From the NCBI GenBank assembly GCA_965205975.1, contig OZ242195.1, positions 3,264,001-3,328,000 of the forward strand: a stretch of DNA of 64,000 nucleotides, in the 5' to 3' direction. This document shows positions 8,992 to 18,963 of the stretch, piece after piece. The number at the start of each line of letters is the position of its first letter. Position 1 is the first letter of the stretch. Below the pieces are notes generated by a model. That model saw nothing but the letters and a program-made list of their open reading frames with translations, made no database searches and had not been told where the DNA came from. This stretch comes from Candidatus Latescibacterota bacterium (GTDB taxonomy: Bacteria; Latescibacterota; UBA2968). The position numbers and the translations under genes were made by a program.

Positions 8992-11853
8992 ATGCGCGTA
9001 TTGTATATCCTTGCTTTCGTACTGTGGAATGCTTACTCGGTCGTAGCTCAGGATTTCGGCAGCTTGACGGGCAAAGTGGAAACCGAGGAAGGAGAAGCAT
9101 TATTCGCGGCCAATATCGTAGTCAAAGGACCGGCCATTCAAGGCACTCGGGGCACAATCACCAATGAACGAGGTAGCTATCGCATCGACCGCTTACCGCC
9201 GGGCATTTACGAAATCACCATCAGTTATATCGGATATGAAACCATCGTCACAACCGGCGTAGAAATCCGCCCCGGTGAAAGTATAACGCGAAATTTCAAG
9301 TTGGCCGCTGTAGCCCTCATTGGTCAGCAAGTCGTCGTCTCGGCATCCCGCAAACAAGAAAAAGCTCTGGATGCACCCGCTTCAATTTCAATAGTCAATG
9401 CCTCTGAAATCAGAAATCGAGAAGTCTTGACCATGAGTGAATACGTCAAGACTCTGCCCGGCGTTGACTATGCTCAAACAGGCATATCGCAAGGCAGCAT
9501 GGTCGTTCGCGGATTCAACAAGGTATTTTCTGGTGCACTGCTCACACTCGTTGACAACCGCATTGCCCGCATCCCATCGCTACGCTTGAATGCTTACGAT
9601 CTAATCCCCCTTACCAGTGACGACATTGAACGCATCGAAATCGTTCTGGGACCCGGATCCGCACTTTACGGTCCCAACAGCGCCAATGGCGTGATGCACA
9701 TTATCACCCGCTCCCCGTTTGGATCAGAAGGCAATACAATTTCCATATCTGGCGGCCAGCGCAGTGTGCGAAAATTATCACTGCGACACGCCAGCAGCCT
9801 CAACAACAAGATCGGGATCAAAGTCTCGGGTGGATATGTTGCAACCCACGACTGGGAATATGTCGATCCTCTGGAAGTGGAAGCGCGGGGTTTTAATCCA
9901 CGCGATTATAGCACAGAAAGGACAAATGGAGAATTCAGGCTCGATTTCCGCCCAACAGATGAGTTGACACTGATAGGGTCGGTGGGCTATTCAAAAATGA
10001 GCGGCCTTCAACAGACGGATTTGGGCGCGGGCCAGGCAAAAGACTGGACCTATAATTTTTATCAAGGCCGCCTGCTCTATCGCGGGTGGTTTGCACAGAT
10101 CTTCTATAACACCAGCGATGCTGGTGACACGGAACTGATCACAGCCGGTGACCCAATTATAGACAATTCACATTTGATGGTCTTGCAACTGCAACACAAT
10201 GCCAGCCTGGGCCAGAAACAACACTTTGCTTATGGTGCCGATGTACTGCTCACCCGGCCCAAAACACAGGGCACAGTACACGGCATGCATGAAGACAATG
10301 ACGACATCGATGAATACGGGATCTACCTGCAAAGCGAAACCAACCTGAGCGATCAAATCGATCTGATATTGGCCGGGCGTATCGACAAACACAACCATAT
10401 CGAAGATCCGTTCTTCTCTCCCCGCGCAGCACTGGTCATCAAACCCACACAGGAAAATACCCTGCGATTGACGTATAACCGCGCATTTAGCACCCCCTCA
10501 ACCCCAGACTTATTTGTAGATCGAATCGGCGTCCCCGACGTCTTTATGCTGGGGTCAAATTTAAGTCCGATATTGGGATTTAGTCCAGCAATTGACCTTC
10601 GCGCACAGGGTAATGCCGGCACGGGATTCACATTTCGCAGAGACGACAATGGCCTACCCATGTTTCGGACGCCCTTTGCGCCCATAGCGGGCTTGCCAAA
10701 AGATCACTACTTCTCTCTGCACGATCCCCAGGCCACCAATCTGATGTGGCGCGCTGCCAGAGGAGTAATACTGGACGGTCTATTAGCGGAACTGGAACCT
10801 CTCGCAATAGAGCTTCTCGGAGACGGGCTTGGGCTATCACCAGATCAGGCTACTGCAATGATCGAACAACTCGTCGAGATCTTTCCCGGAACTATCCCAG
10901 AACAACTGCCGGGCTTGCAAAATACGGCTGCGACACTGAATGCAGAAACGCAGGGATTTGATCCCATACCCGACCTCGCCAATGCGGTGACAGACATAGA
11001 AAAACTTGGACCCACCATCACAGAAACCTTTGAATTGGGATACAAAGGCATCATCAAAAACAAACTCATTCTGGCAGCCGATGTCTATCAGACCAGAATC
11101 AAAAATTTTGTCAGCCCGTTGCGGATTGAAACGCCCAACGTATTTCTCGCACCCGGTCCCTTGAACGAGGCTCTAACAGACGCGATTACCGAAAACTTGA
11201 AAGACCCCGCCAATGCAAGCCTTGCACTCGTCCTTATTTTTTTAGATCAACTCAACGAGCCAGAGTTCGGGTTGGTTGGCAATGGCAATGGGACAGGCAT
11301 AGATGAATTGACGCAGTTATTTGTATCCAACGCCGCGCTGATCCCATTTGGCACCATAGTACCCGAACAGGCATCGGACCCCACTGCAGTAATAGTCGCA
11401 CCTCGCAATTTCGGTAACATAACGCTCTACGGTGCTGACCTATCTTTTGCGTATTATCCAAACGAAATATGGGCTTTTACCGGCAATTACTCGTATGTCA
11501 GCGAGGATATGTTTCGCAATTTAGACAACATCGGCGACATAGCCCTCAATGCGCCCAAGCACAAATTTAATATCGGTATCGATTGTCAATTGCCCAATAC
11601 ACCGCTCACTATTAGTGGAAAATTGCGCTATCGCGGTGGTTTCCCCATGCAATCGGGTATATATGTCGGCAAGGTAGATTCTCATACTATTCTGGATTTG
11701 AATTTGACCTATCAGTTGCCACTTTCAAATGACCGCTTCACGACCTCCTTAAATCTGAATGCCAGCAATGTGCTAAATCAAGAATACCGATCATTTGTCG
11801 GTTCGCCCTGGATCGGACGCCTGATTACAAGCAGCTTACATGTTCGATTCTAA
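8992..11853 (+). CDS. TonB-dependent receptor (copy 2, tandem paralogue)
   Basis: Colinear with copy 1; DIERIEIVLGPGSALYG; ends HVRF. Confidence 0.93.
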   Translation: MRVLYILAFVLWNAYSVVAQDFGSLTGKVETEEGEALFAANIVVKGPAIQGTRGTITNERGSYRIDRLPPGIYEITISYIGYETIVTTGVEIRPGESITRNFKLAAVALIGQQVVVSASRKQEKALDAPASISIVNASEIRNREVLTMSEYVKTLPGVDYAQTGISQGSMVVRGFNKVFSGALLTLVDNRIARIPSLRLNAYDLIPLTSDDIERIEIVLGPGSALYGPNSANGVMHIITRSPFGSEGNTISISGGQRSVRKLSLRHASSLNNKIGIKVSGGYVATHDWEYVDPLEVEARGFNPRDYSTERTNGEFRLDFRPTDELTLIGSVGYSKMSGLQQTDLGAGQAKDWTYNFYQGRLLYRGWFAQIFYNTSDAGDTELITAGDPIIDNSHLMVLQLQHNASLGQKQHFAYGADVLLTRPKTQGTVHGMHEDNDDIDEYGIYLQSETNLSDQIDLILAGRIDKHNHIEDPFFSPRAALVIKPTQENTLRLTYNRAFSTPSTPDLFVDRIGVPDVFMLGSNLSPILGFSPAIDLRAQGNAGTGFTFRRDDNGLPMFRTPFAPIAGLPKDHYFSLHDPQATNLMWRAARGVILDGLLAELEPLAIELLGDGLGLSPDQATAMIEQLVEIFPGTIPEQLPGLQNTAATLNAETQGFDPIPDLANAVTDIEKLGPTITETFELGYKGIIKNKLILAADVYQTRIKNFVSPLRIETPNVFLAPGPLNEALTDAITENLKDPANASLALVLIFLDQLNEPEFGLVGNGNGTGIDELTQLFVSNAALIPFGTIVPEQASDPTAVIVAPRNFGNITLYGADLSFAYYPNEIWAFTGNYSYVSEDMFRNLDNIGDIALNAPKHKFNIGIDCQLPNTPLTISGKLRYRGGFPMQSGIYVGKVDSHTILDLNLTYQLPLSNDRFTTSLNLNASNVLNQEYRSFVGSPWIGRLITSSLHVRF

Positions 11854-11862
11854 CGCTGGTGG

Positions 11863-11906
11863 AAAAGATGCTTCGGCTCCGTTCCACTCCGCTCAGCATG
11901 ACAAAA
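11863..11906. repeat. Dispersed REP-like element (GTCATGCTGAGC family)
   Basis: AAAAGATGCTTCGGCTCCGTT(C/G)CACTCCGCTCAGCATGACAAAA; second copy at 39219-39262 with one mismatch. Confidence 0.8.
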
Positions 11907-11933
11907 CGCCTGACATGCGTAACATCAAAAATG

Positions 11934-11967
11934 AAAAAATCCGAATCGCAATGATTCGGATTTTTTT
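11934..11967. terminator. Bidirectional intrinsic terminator between convergent genes
   Basis: A-run-TCCGAATC-gcaat-GATTCGGA-T-run. Confidence 0.75.
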
Positions 11968-11979
11968 ATTCTCAGCGAT

Positions 11980-13170
11980 CTACCCAAGCGGCTGATACGG
12001 CCGGGATTCTGGATCGCGTTCGGGAAGCCCCAAACTGTCCCAAAAAATTGTGTGCTCAAATGGCGCAAGGCGAAAATCCGGAATGGGAACTGGCGCACCG
12101 CCCAACTCGGCGGATTTATTTGCCAAAATCCCCGGCAGACAGTATTCAATAGCGCGATACACATCAATCGGCGATGGCTTGCCAGCGAGAATAGACTGTG
12201 TAAAATGTCGGGCGAGTTTTAAGTCTGCACCGCCGTGACCTGCAGAAGTATCATCGCCATGTGCGCCAAGACCAACGGGTAAAACCTCCCAACCACTGCG
12301 ATGATCTGCCCCTCGGGAAAATCGACGAGCGTGTTTTTCATAGCTAAACCATTCGGCACCGCCCTCAACGCCAAAAATGCGATATCGGTGTTCAGAAGGT
12401 CGAGCCGTATTCAGCGTAACCATAATTTTAATAAGCGCACCCTTCGCTGTTTCGAACACCGCGATCTGGCCGTCGGAACGCAGAGGCGCGTCGGCACTAC
12501 GGAATGGCGCGCTGCGACAAGAGACAGAAACACAGCGGTCATCAATCACTTCGAGCAATGGCCCCAGGTCATGCGTCAGATATTGAATAGGAGGTTGATC
12601 GGCACGCCAGATCGGCATTGTATCCGCATAACCGGCTGCTCGCGCTCGAGTCGGCGTATGCCGCGAACTATCGGGGCGAAAAAGCGTACCCGGCAAATGG
12701 TGAATATATTCGCCTTCGGCAATGGAAATAGGGCCAAAGCGATCTTCGGCAACCCACTTGCGGAAATAGCGAAAAAAATCCCAATAACAGGTATTTTCTC
12801 CCAGCATATACGTTTTGCCCGTGTATTCAACGGTTTGGCGCAAATTCATACACTCTTCTTGCGTATAAGCACCGGGAACTTCAGAAAGCACATGACAACC
12901 CGCGCGCATCGCCTGGCAACCGTGTTCCACCTGTAATTTGCCATTTGTAGCAACCACAATAGCATCGGGTTTGAGATCGAGCAAATCGTCAAACTCGGGC
13001 AAAATCGGAGCCGATGCACCAACCGACGCTATATGTTGCTCGGCGCGTTCTCTCAAGCGTGAAAAGCGGTCGCAAGCACCAATAACCTCAGCCTCTTCCA
13101 GAGCGAGAAAATTCCTGAAATGCGTAAAACCGCGACCGAGGCCCAGAATACCAACTTTGAGTTTGTCCAT
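11980..13170 (-). CDS. Gfo/Idh/MocA-family oxidoreductase
   Basis: LKVGILGLGRG Rossmann start, HVLSEVP, EGEYIH; start at 13170. Confidence 0.88.
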   Translation of the reverse strand: MDKLKVGILGLGRGFTHFRNFLALEEAEVIGACDRFSRLRERAEQHIASVGASAPILPEFDDLLDLKPDAIVVATNGKLQVEHGCQAMRAGCHVLSEVPGAYTQEECMNLRQTVEYTGKTYMLGENTCYWDFFRYFRKWVAEDRFGPISIAEGEYIHHLPGTLFRPDSSRHTPTRARAAGYADTMPIWRADQPPIQYLTHDLGPLLEVIDDRCVSVSCRSAPFRSADAPLRSDGQIAVFETAKGALIKIMVTLNTARPSEHRYRIFGVEGGAEWFSYEKHARRFSRGADHRSGWEVLPVGLGAHGDDTSAGHGGADLKLARHFTQSILAGKPSPIDVYRAIEYCLPGILANKSAELGGAPVPIPDFRLAPFEHTIFWDSLGLPERDPESRPYQPLG

Positions 13171-13189
13171 AGTTAAACCCCTCAATATG

Positions 13190-13316
13190 CGAATCTACGA
13201 ATCTACGAATCTACGAACCCCACCCATCCTCCCAAAATCTGTGTGTATCGCCATTCGTCTATTCGTCTATTCGTCTATTCGTCTATTCGTCTATTCGTCT
13301 ATTCGTCTATTCGTCC
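13190..13316. repeat. Octamer tandem repeats (CGAATCTA)x3 and (ATTCGTCT)x7+1
   Basis: Direct reading; related arrays at 1342-1390 and 50231-50320. Confidence 0.85.
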
Positions 13317-14999
13317 ACCAGACACAACGCGAATATCAACCTCAAATGCACTGACGGGATAATTTATACCCCAGGTTTCGAGAACGCTGGGATGCACTTC
13401 ACCAATAAGCCCGTAAACGCGCTCACCTATGTGGATCTCGCCACTGCGACCAGGCAAAAATGTGGGATGATCAATCGGCGCAATAGTATATTCAAAATTA
13501 AAATAATAGGATAACACCTCGAGAAAGCTCTGAACACCGGACAAATTGGCCTCGTCACTCGCTTCGAGCGCGCAAAGATGAATATCTGTGCGCGTACCGT
13601 AATCTTCCCCCGGCGCGAGAACCCCCACCTCACCCACTTCAAAAATCCGATGCGGGTACAACGCACGGCGGCTTGTCGCTTCGGTCTTCAACAAACCGGG
13701 CAACAAAGACCCTCGAATCGCGCTGTAATTTTCGGACATGGGATTTGAAATCGAAATAATCTTTGCATCCGGATTATTCATATCCACGGTCTGTTCTTTT
13801 TGGGAACAAAGAATCGGCAAAAAGACCTCTTGAAATCCGCTCCCAACCATGAGATTGCGAAATCGGTCTGCAAGATCCTCTTCTGATGCGGCTTTGCCAA
13901 CCGTAAAATCCCGGGGCATTTCGGGTTCAAAAGCCTCGTACCCCACACCGATCACAACATCTTCCACAACATCGACGGGATGCAAAATATCATCGCGATA
14001 AGGTGCTGGACGCACTTTGATACTCCGCTCTTGCATGTCAATATCCCGATAACCCATCGCGCTGAGCGCGGTCTGAATCTGCCTTATCGAAATATGTGAC
14101 CCAACCACTCTGTAAATCTCATCCACATCGACCTGCAACGGCTCAGTCAGATCATAGGGACACGTCACAACCTGTCCCCTCGGTGTGTGAAATGGATACC
14201 GCACCGTCACGGGATAAATGCGACCGCCCCGATCAGCCATATTGACCGCCATAATCGCCATAGACAAAAGAATAGCGTCGAGTTCGGGACCCGTTGCTTC
14301 GCAAAACAAAAACGCATCCCCCACCTCAACGCGCCCCAGACTCTGGCTATTAATCACAGGCGGCATCGAAAGAACCTCGCCGCGCGAATCGCGGATCAGG
14401 GGAAACCTATCCTTCCCCTCGAGAAGATGTGCATACATCCTGCCCGTGGGATGATCGGACAAAATCTGTCGCAAAGACATCTCATCTTCAAACTCCAGAG
14501 GAACAAAAGCCGTCACATCGGGATCAACCGCATCGTATCGCACCGGATACACAATATCGGACGCATCGTAAATCCCAATCGCAACAACACTGCGACCTCG
14601 CCCATATCCATCGGCGAGTTTTTCCTGCGCCTCGATAAGCGCGTCAAGTGCCGCATCATCAATCGCAATACCCTCACACGCAAAAGCGGCAATATAGGGA
14701 CGGACATCTCGCAACCCGGGATCGACAATAACCTCCCGTTCCTGCGAGACGCCAGACGCATCAAAAAAAGAATAGTCTGGCTGAACATTCTCCCGATGGC
14801 TTTTGAGCAACCGCGCAAGCCCCTCTCCCGACCACAAATCGGGACGATTGGTATCCTTGAGCTGAATGCGAAGCGTATCGCCCTCTTCAGCATCAATCTC
14901 GGCCTTCGCAGTTTCAAGCGCAGCACTCAGGCTCTCCGACGAATAAACCTGCCCTGCGAGACGTTCAAAATCGGGTTTATTAACTGTAATCGTTGGCAT
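13299..14999 (-). CDS. pheT: Phenylalanyl-tRNA synthetase beta subunit, archaeal/eukaryotic type
   Basis: MPTITV start, NRPDLWS, VLSMPPVINS, YRDDILHPVDVVEDV; 566 aa, too short to carry bacterial B2 and B8 domains. Confidence 0.93.
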   Translation of the reverse strand: MPTITVNKPDFERLAGQVYSSESLSAALETAKAEIDAEEGDTLRIQLKDTNRPDLWSGEGLARLLKSHRENVQPDYSFFDASGVSQEREVIVDPGLRDVRPYIAAFACEGIAIDDAALDALIEAQEKLADGYGRGRSVVAIGIYDASDIVYPVRYDAVDPDVTAFVPLEFEDEMSLRQILSDHPTGRMYAHLLEGKDRFPLIRDSRGEVLSMPPVINSQSLGRVEVGDAFLFCEATGPELDAILLSMAIMAVNMADRGGRIYPVTVRYPFHTPRGQVVTCPYDLTEPLQVDVDEIYRVVGSHISIRQIQTALSAMGYRDIDMQERSIKVRPAPYRDDILHPVDVVEDVVIGVGYEAFEPEMPRDFTVGKAASEEDLADRFRNLMVGSGFQEVFLPILCSQKEQTVDMNNPDAKIISISNPMSENYSAIRGSLLPGLLKTEATSRRALYPHRIFEVGEVGVLAPGEDYGTRTDIHLCALEASDEANLSGVQSFLEVLSYYFNFEYTIAPIDHPTFLPGRSGEIHIGERVYGLIGEVHPSVLETWGINYPVSAFEVDIRVVSGGRIDE

Positions 15000-15018
15000 T
15001 TTTACTCCTGCTATTCAC

Positions 15019-16560
15019 TTACCGCGTATTCCTGACCAGATCCAAATCCGTACTGAACAAATCGCGAATATCGTTAATACCCAGCGCGACCATCGCCATT
15101 CTATCAACCCCCAGACCCCAGGCAATCACTGGCACATCCACACCCAGAGGTCGTGTAAGCTCAGGCCGAAAAAGACCCGCGCCCCCAAGCTCCATCCAGC
15201 CCAGAACGGGATGCTTCGCCTGAAGCTCTACTGAAGGCTCGGTAAAAGGAAAATAATCGGGCACATAGCGCACATCTTCGGCCTGTGCGATCTCAAGCGC
15301 GAACAACTTGAGCAAACCGAGCAAACTGCGAAAATTTATCTCCTCGCCCAGAACAATACCCTCAGCCTGAAAAAAATCTGCCGCGTGCGTGGCATCGACA
15401 TCATCCGGACGAAAACAACGCGCAAGAGCGAAATACTTACCCGGGATATTCGGCTCTGAAGCGAGCGTACGCGCCGAAAGCGCAGTGCCCTGACTTCGCA
15501 AAATAAGGCGGCGAGACTGCTCGGGATTGAACTCATAACGCCACCCGCGCGAACCTGTCTCGCCCCCGCTCTGATGCGCCTCAGCCACCCTCGAAAAATA
15601 GGGTTCCTCTGCCTCTCGGGATTGCGTTGGCTCCGTAACATAATACGCATCGTGAATATTGCGCGCCGCGTGGAACTGCGGCATAAAAAGGGCATCCATA
15701 TTCCAGAACTCGGTCTCCACCAGAGAACCTTTCATCTCTTCAAAACCAAGCGCCATCAACCGGCGCCGCACATTATCGAGATACGCCCGATAGGGATGGT
15801 GCTTCCCAATAAGCACGCGCGGCGGCTTAATCGACAAATCATATCGGCGAAAAGACGCGCCCTGCCAGGTGCCCTTCTGAATCATTTCCGGCGTAAGCCG
15901 AGAAACTTCATCACCCGTAAGATTGGCTTTGACAACCTCCACAAGCACGCGCCGCCCTTCTTCAGTAAGACAATAAACCCGCTCCGTGCGCTCGTCCAAA
16001 CGAACAGGTGCCCTGCCCCCGCCGCGCTTGCGGGCATTGGCTTCGATATACTGGACAACATCACCGGGAAAATTATCAATCTCAATTCCGGTATCGGAAA
16101 ATTTGTCAAAAAATTCTGGCATAAGTCGATCAATAAAAAAAGAAGCCCGATTCGCATCGACAATAACAACAGCCCCCTTATCCAGATCGATAATCCCATC
16201 CTTTTTCAAACCGCCAAACGCACTGCCCCAGGCCCCTCTGTCAAACCGCTCGTCGGCTTGCAAATCCTGGATCCCAACGCGCTCTGCACTCGCCCGGGTC
16301 AAAAGTGCCGTCTCTGGCGTCGCGCCCTTTGTTGCAAAATCCCGTCCCACTTCCGTAAGCGAAACCGTTGCACGCGTATTTTCCCCGGTAACTTCGAGCA
16401 ACTGCTTGGAAATCAGCCACTCGACCGCGCGCCGAACCTGTCCCTCGCCAATACCCGCCCCCTTTTGAAGTTGTGCATCGGACTGCTCGGCACTGGCATT
16501 ATTTTGATATGCACGCAAAATGCGAATTTCGAGAGCATGTAAAGATGCGAGATCAATCAA
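15019..16560 (-). CDS. pheS: Phenylalanyl-tRNA synthetase alpha subunit, archaeal/eukaryotic type
   Basis: FWNMDALFMPQFHAAR, motif 2 FRPDDVDATH, YFPFTEPS, AWGLGVDR; long N-terminal extension, 513 aa. Confidence 0.93.
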   Translation of the reverse strand: MIDLASLHALEIRILRAYQNNASAEQSDAQLQKGAGIGEGQVRRAVEWLISKQLLEVTGENTRATVSLTEVGRDFATKGATPETALLTRASAERVGIQDLQADERFDRGAWGSAFGGLKKDGIIDLDKGAVVIVDANRASFFIDRLMPEFFDKFSDTGIEIDNFPGDVVQYIEANARKRGGGRAPVRLDERTERVYCLTEEGRRVLVEVVKANLTGDEVSRLTPEMIQKGTWQGASFRRYDLSIKPPRVLIGKHHPYRAYLDNVRRRLMALGFEEMKGSLVETEFWNMDALFMPQFHAARNIHDAYYVTEPTQSREAEEPYFSRVAEAHQSGGETGSRGWRYEFNPEQSRRLILRSQGTALSARTLASEPNIPGKYFALARCFRPDDVDATHAADFFQAEGIVLGEEINFRSLLGLLKLFALEIAQAEDVRYVPDYFPFTEPSVELQAKHPVLGWMELGGAGLFRPELTRPLGVDVPVIAWGLGVDRMAMVALGINDIRDLFSTDLDLVRNTR

Positions 16561-16616
16561 AAGAAACTCCTTATGTAGCGATTAGCGATCAACCCATCCA
16601 ACCCCCAGCCCCTTTC

Positions 16617-16648
16617 TGGATCGCGGCTCAAAACCACGCCGCGATGAC
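16617..16648. repeat. Dispersed REP-like element (TGGATCGCGGC-N-GCCGCGATGAC family)
   Basis: Copies at 16617-16648, 21256-21287, 22228-22259, 22422-22453. Confidence 0.8.
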
Positions 16649-16672
16649 GGCTTTCATTGTCTTGCTTACCAA

Positions 16673-16942
16673 TAAAAAAGCCCCTTCGTCATCATAGGGA
16701 CGAAAGAGCTTTCGCGGTACCACCCTATTTGCGCTTAAAAGCACCACTCAGCGGATGGCCATCACCATCCTGTCCATTATCGGCGGACCCACCGGCTCGG
16801 CTTAATAGGAAACTGTCTCTCCATTCGGCTTTGCAGCTCGGGAGGGAACTTCGCCTGTGCATCCTGCAGATGTGCTTTCAGCCCAGGACACATCCTCTCT
16901 GTGCAGTTGGGAACAGGCTACTTTTCTCCGTCATAGCTTTAA
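16673..16942 (-). ncRNA. T-box riboswitch with Phe (UUC) specifier upstream of pheST
   Basis: T-box AGGGTGGTACCGCG (16713-16726), terminator hairpin with T-run ending about 16673, stem I AGTA, AGAGA and GCTGAA motifs, specifier loop GAAGTTC (TTC at 16846-16848). Confidence 0.92.
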
Positions 16943-16948
16943 AGGCAA

Positions 16949-16977
16949 AACATAGAAATTTGCGCCACAAGTGTCAA
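16949..16977 (-). promoter_or_regulatory. Sigma70 promoter of T-box/pheST
   Basis: TTGACA-17 nt-TATGTT. Confidence 0.7.
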
Positions 16978-16993
16978 GCCGAAAGTCGCAAAT

Positions 16994-18907
16994 CTATCCG
17001 TCAACCGTTTTTCCAAATACACTCACAAACAGGAGAAAATCGGGAAAATCAACACTGCCGTTCCTATCGATATCGTATTGGGCCTCGGACGATCCAAATG
17101 CACTCACAAACAGGAGAAAATCAGCAAACTCGATTATGCCATTGCCGTCAAAATCCGATTTGACTTCCACAGAAAGCGGCTGAACAACGCCAGAAATCGT
17201 CAGCATAAACTTCGCGCGATCCGGATCATTACTCAAAATACTGATATTACCCGAAAACTCGCCCTCCATGGGCTTGGGAAACGTAATCGTAATCGTCGCC
17301 GAACTATCCGGAGATAGTGTAAACATAGAAGGCTCAAACGTCAAACCCGACACATCGCTCTCAATACCCGTAATCTCCAAAGGCGCAGTTCCCGTATTCG
17401 TAATCGTAAAAGTCTGCTGAGCCGTCTTTTCGGCATCAATACTCCCGAAATCAATTGCGGGTGCCCCCACAACCAGCACTGGCGCAGGTGCCGCCTGCAC
17501 AATCACAGAAACGGATAATGTTTGTGTTGCACTATTCGGATCATTACTCGAAATCGTGATATTACCCGAAAAAGTGCCCTCCGTCGAACTCGGAAACGTA
17601 ATCGTCACCGTCTGTGAACCGTCAGGTTCCAATGTGAACATCGTAGTATCAAACGTCAGACCCGACACATCGCTCTCAATACCCGTAATCTCCAGCGGTG
17701 CAGTACCCGTGTTCATAATCGCAATCGTCCGTTGACCTGTTTGGCCTGCCTCAATAGCACCGAAATTAACAGCCGTTTGCTGAACCGCAATCGCTGGCAC
17801 AGGTCGCGGCTGAACGGTCACAGAAACGGATAATGTCTGTGTTCCACTCTTCAGATCATTACTCGAAATCGTGATAGTACCCGAAAACGTACCCTCTGAC
17901 GAACTCGGAAATGTCACCGTCACCGTCTGTGAACCATTGGGTACCAGTGTGAACATATAAGGCGTAAACGTCAAACCCGACACATTACTCTGAATACCCG
18001 TTATCTCCAACGGCGCAGTACCTGTATTCCTGATCGTAATCGTCCGTTGAACTGTTTGACCTGCTTCAATAGTGCCAAAATTAACTGCTGTTTGCTGCAC
18101 AGAGATCGCTGGCGCGGGGGGCGGTTGAACAATCACAGAAACGGATAATGTCTGTGTTGCGCGATCCGGATCATTACTCGAAATCGTGATATTCCCTGAA
18201 AATGTGCCCTCCACAGAACTCGGAAATGTCACCGTCACCGTCTGAGAACCGTTGGGTGCCAGTGTGAACATTGTAGTATCAAACGTCAGACCCGACACAT
18301 CGCTCTCTATACCCGTAATCTCAAGAGGAGCAGTGCCAGTGTTCTCAATCGTAATTGTCTTTTGAACCGTTTGTGCAAACGCAACAGTACCGAAATCAAG
18401 CGCTGTTTGCTGCACAGAGATCGCTGGCGCAGGTGGCGGTATTTGCGCCAACAGTTCAGTAACCTTGGCTGCTGCTGCAGAAATAGAAGATCCTAGGCCG
18501 CTTCTGGAAAATTTCACAGTCCCATCGGGGCCAACCACAACGAGATGATCATGCCCAGCCGGAGCAGAACCACCTGCTTGTATAAGCATGGGAAAGGTGA
18601 TGCCTCTGCTAAAACCCTCAACCTGAGTACGACTACCATCCCAGGTATCGAGACCGAGCATCACAATATTGCTGCTTTGTGGATCTTTTTTTAAGTCTTG
18701 CCATAACTGTTCGAGTCGCGGCACCGCCGCTTGACAGGTTGGTCAGCCATACCCAATCATCGCAAGCACCAGCACTTTACCGCGATATTGGGAGGCACTA
18801 TATGTCTTGCCGTCAAGGCCCGTTAAAGAAAAATTAACCGTTTGTGCATAAGTGGTCCCAACGAGCAAAAGCAGAACCATCGGGATGGACAATAGATATT
18901 TGCACAT
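16994..18907 (-). CDS. Probable exported selenoprotein: signal peptide, redoxin (UxxC) domain, 4 Ig-like (ASH/choice-of-anchor-D-like) repeats, dockerin/EF-hand-like tail; 637 aa with Sec at TGA 18743-18745
   Basis: ATG 18907 after GAGGA; MCKYLLSIPMVLLLLVGTTYAQTVNFSLTGLDGKTYSASQYRGKVLVLAMIGYG-TGA-PTCQAAVPRLEQLW in frame with ORF 16994..18724. Confidence 0.85.
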
Positions 18908-18963
18908 GGCGTTTATCCTCAGACATTGCCAAAAAAATCATTCACAAAGCCCGCCGCGAACAA

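Noticed and set aside
13190..13316. CRISPR array
   Set aside because: These are contiguous 8-nt tandem repeats with no spacers, and there are no cas genes. The REP-like copies are dispersed, not regularly spaced.
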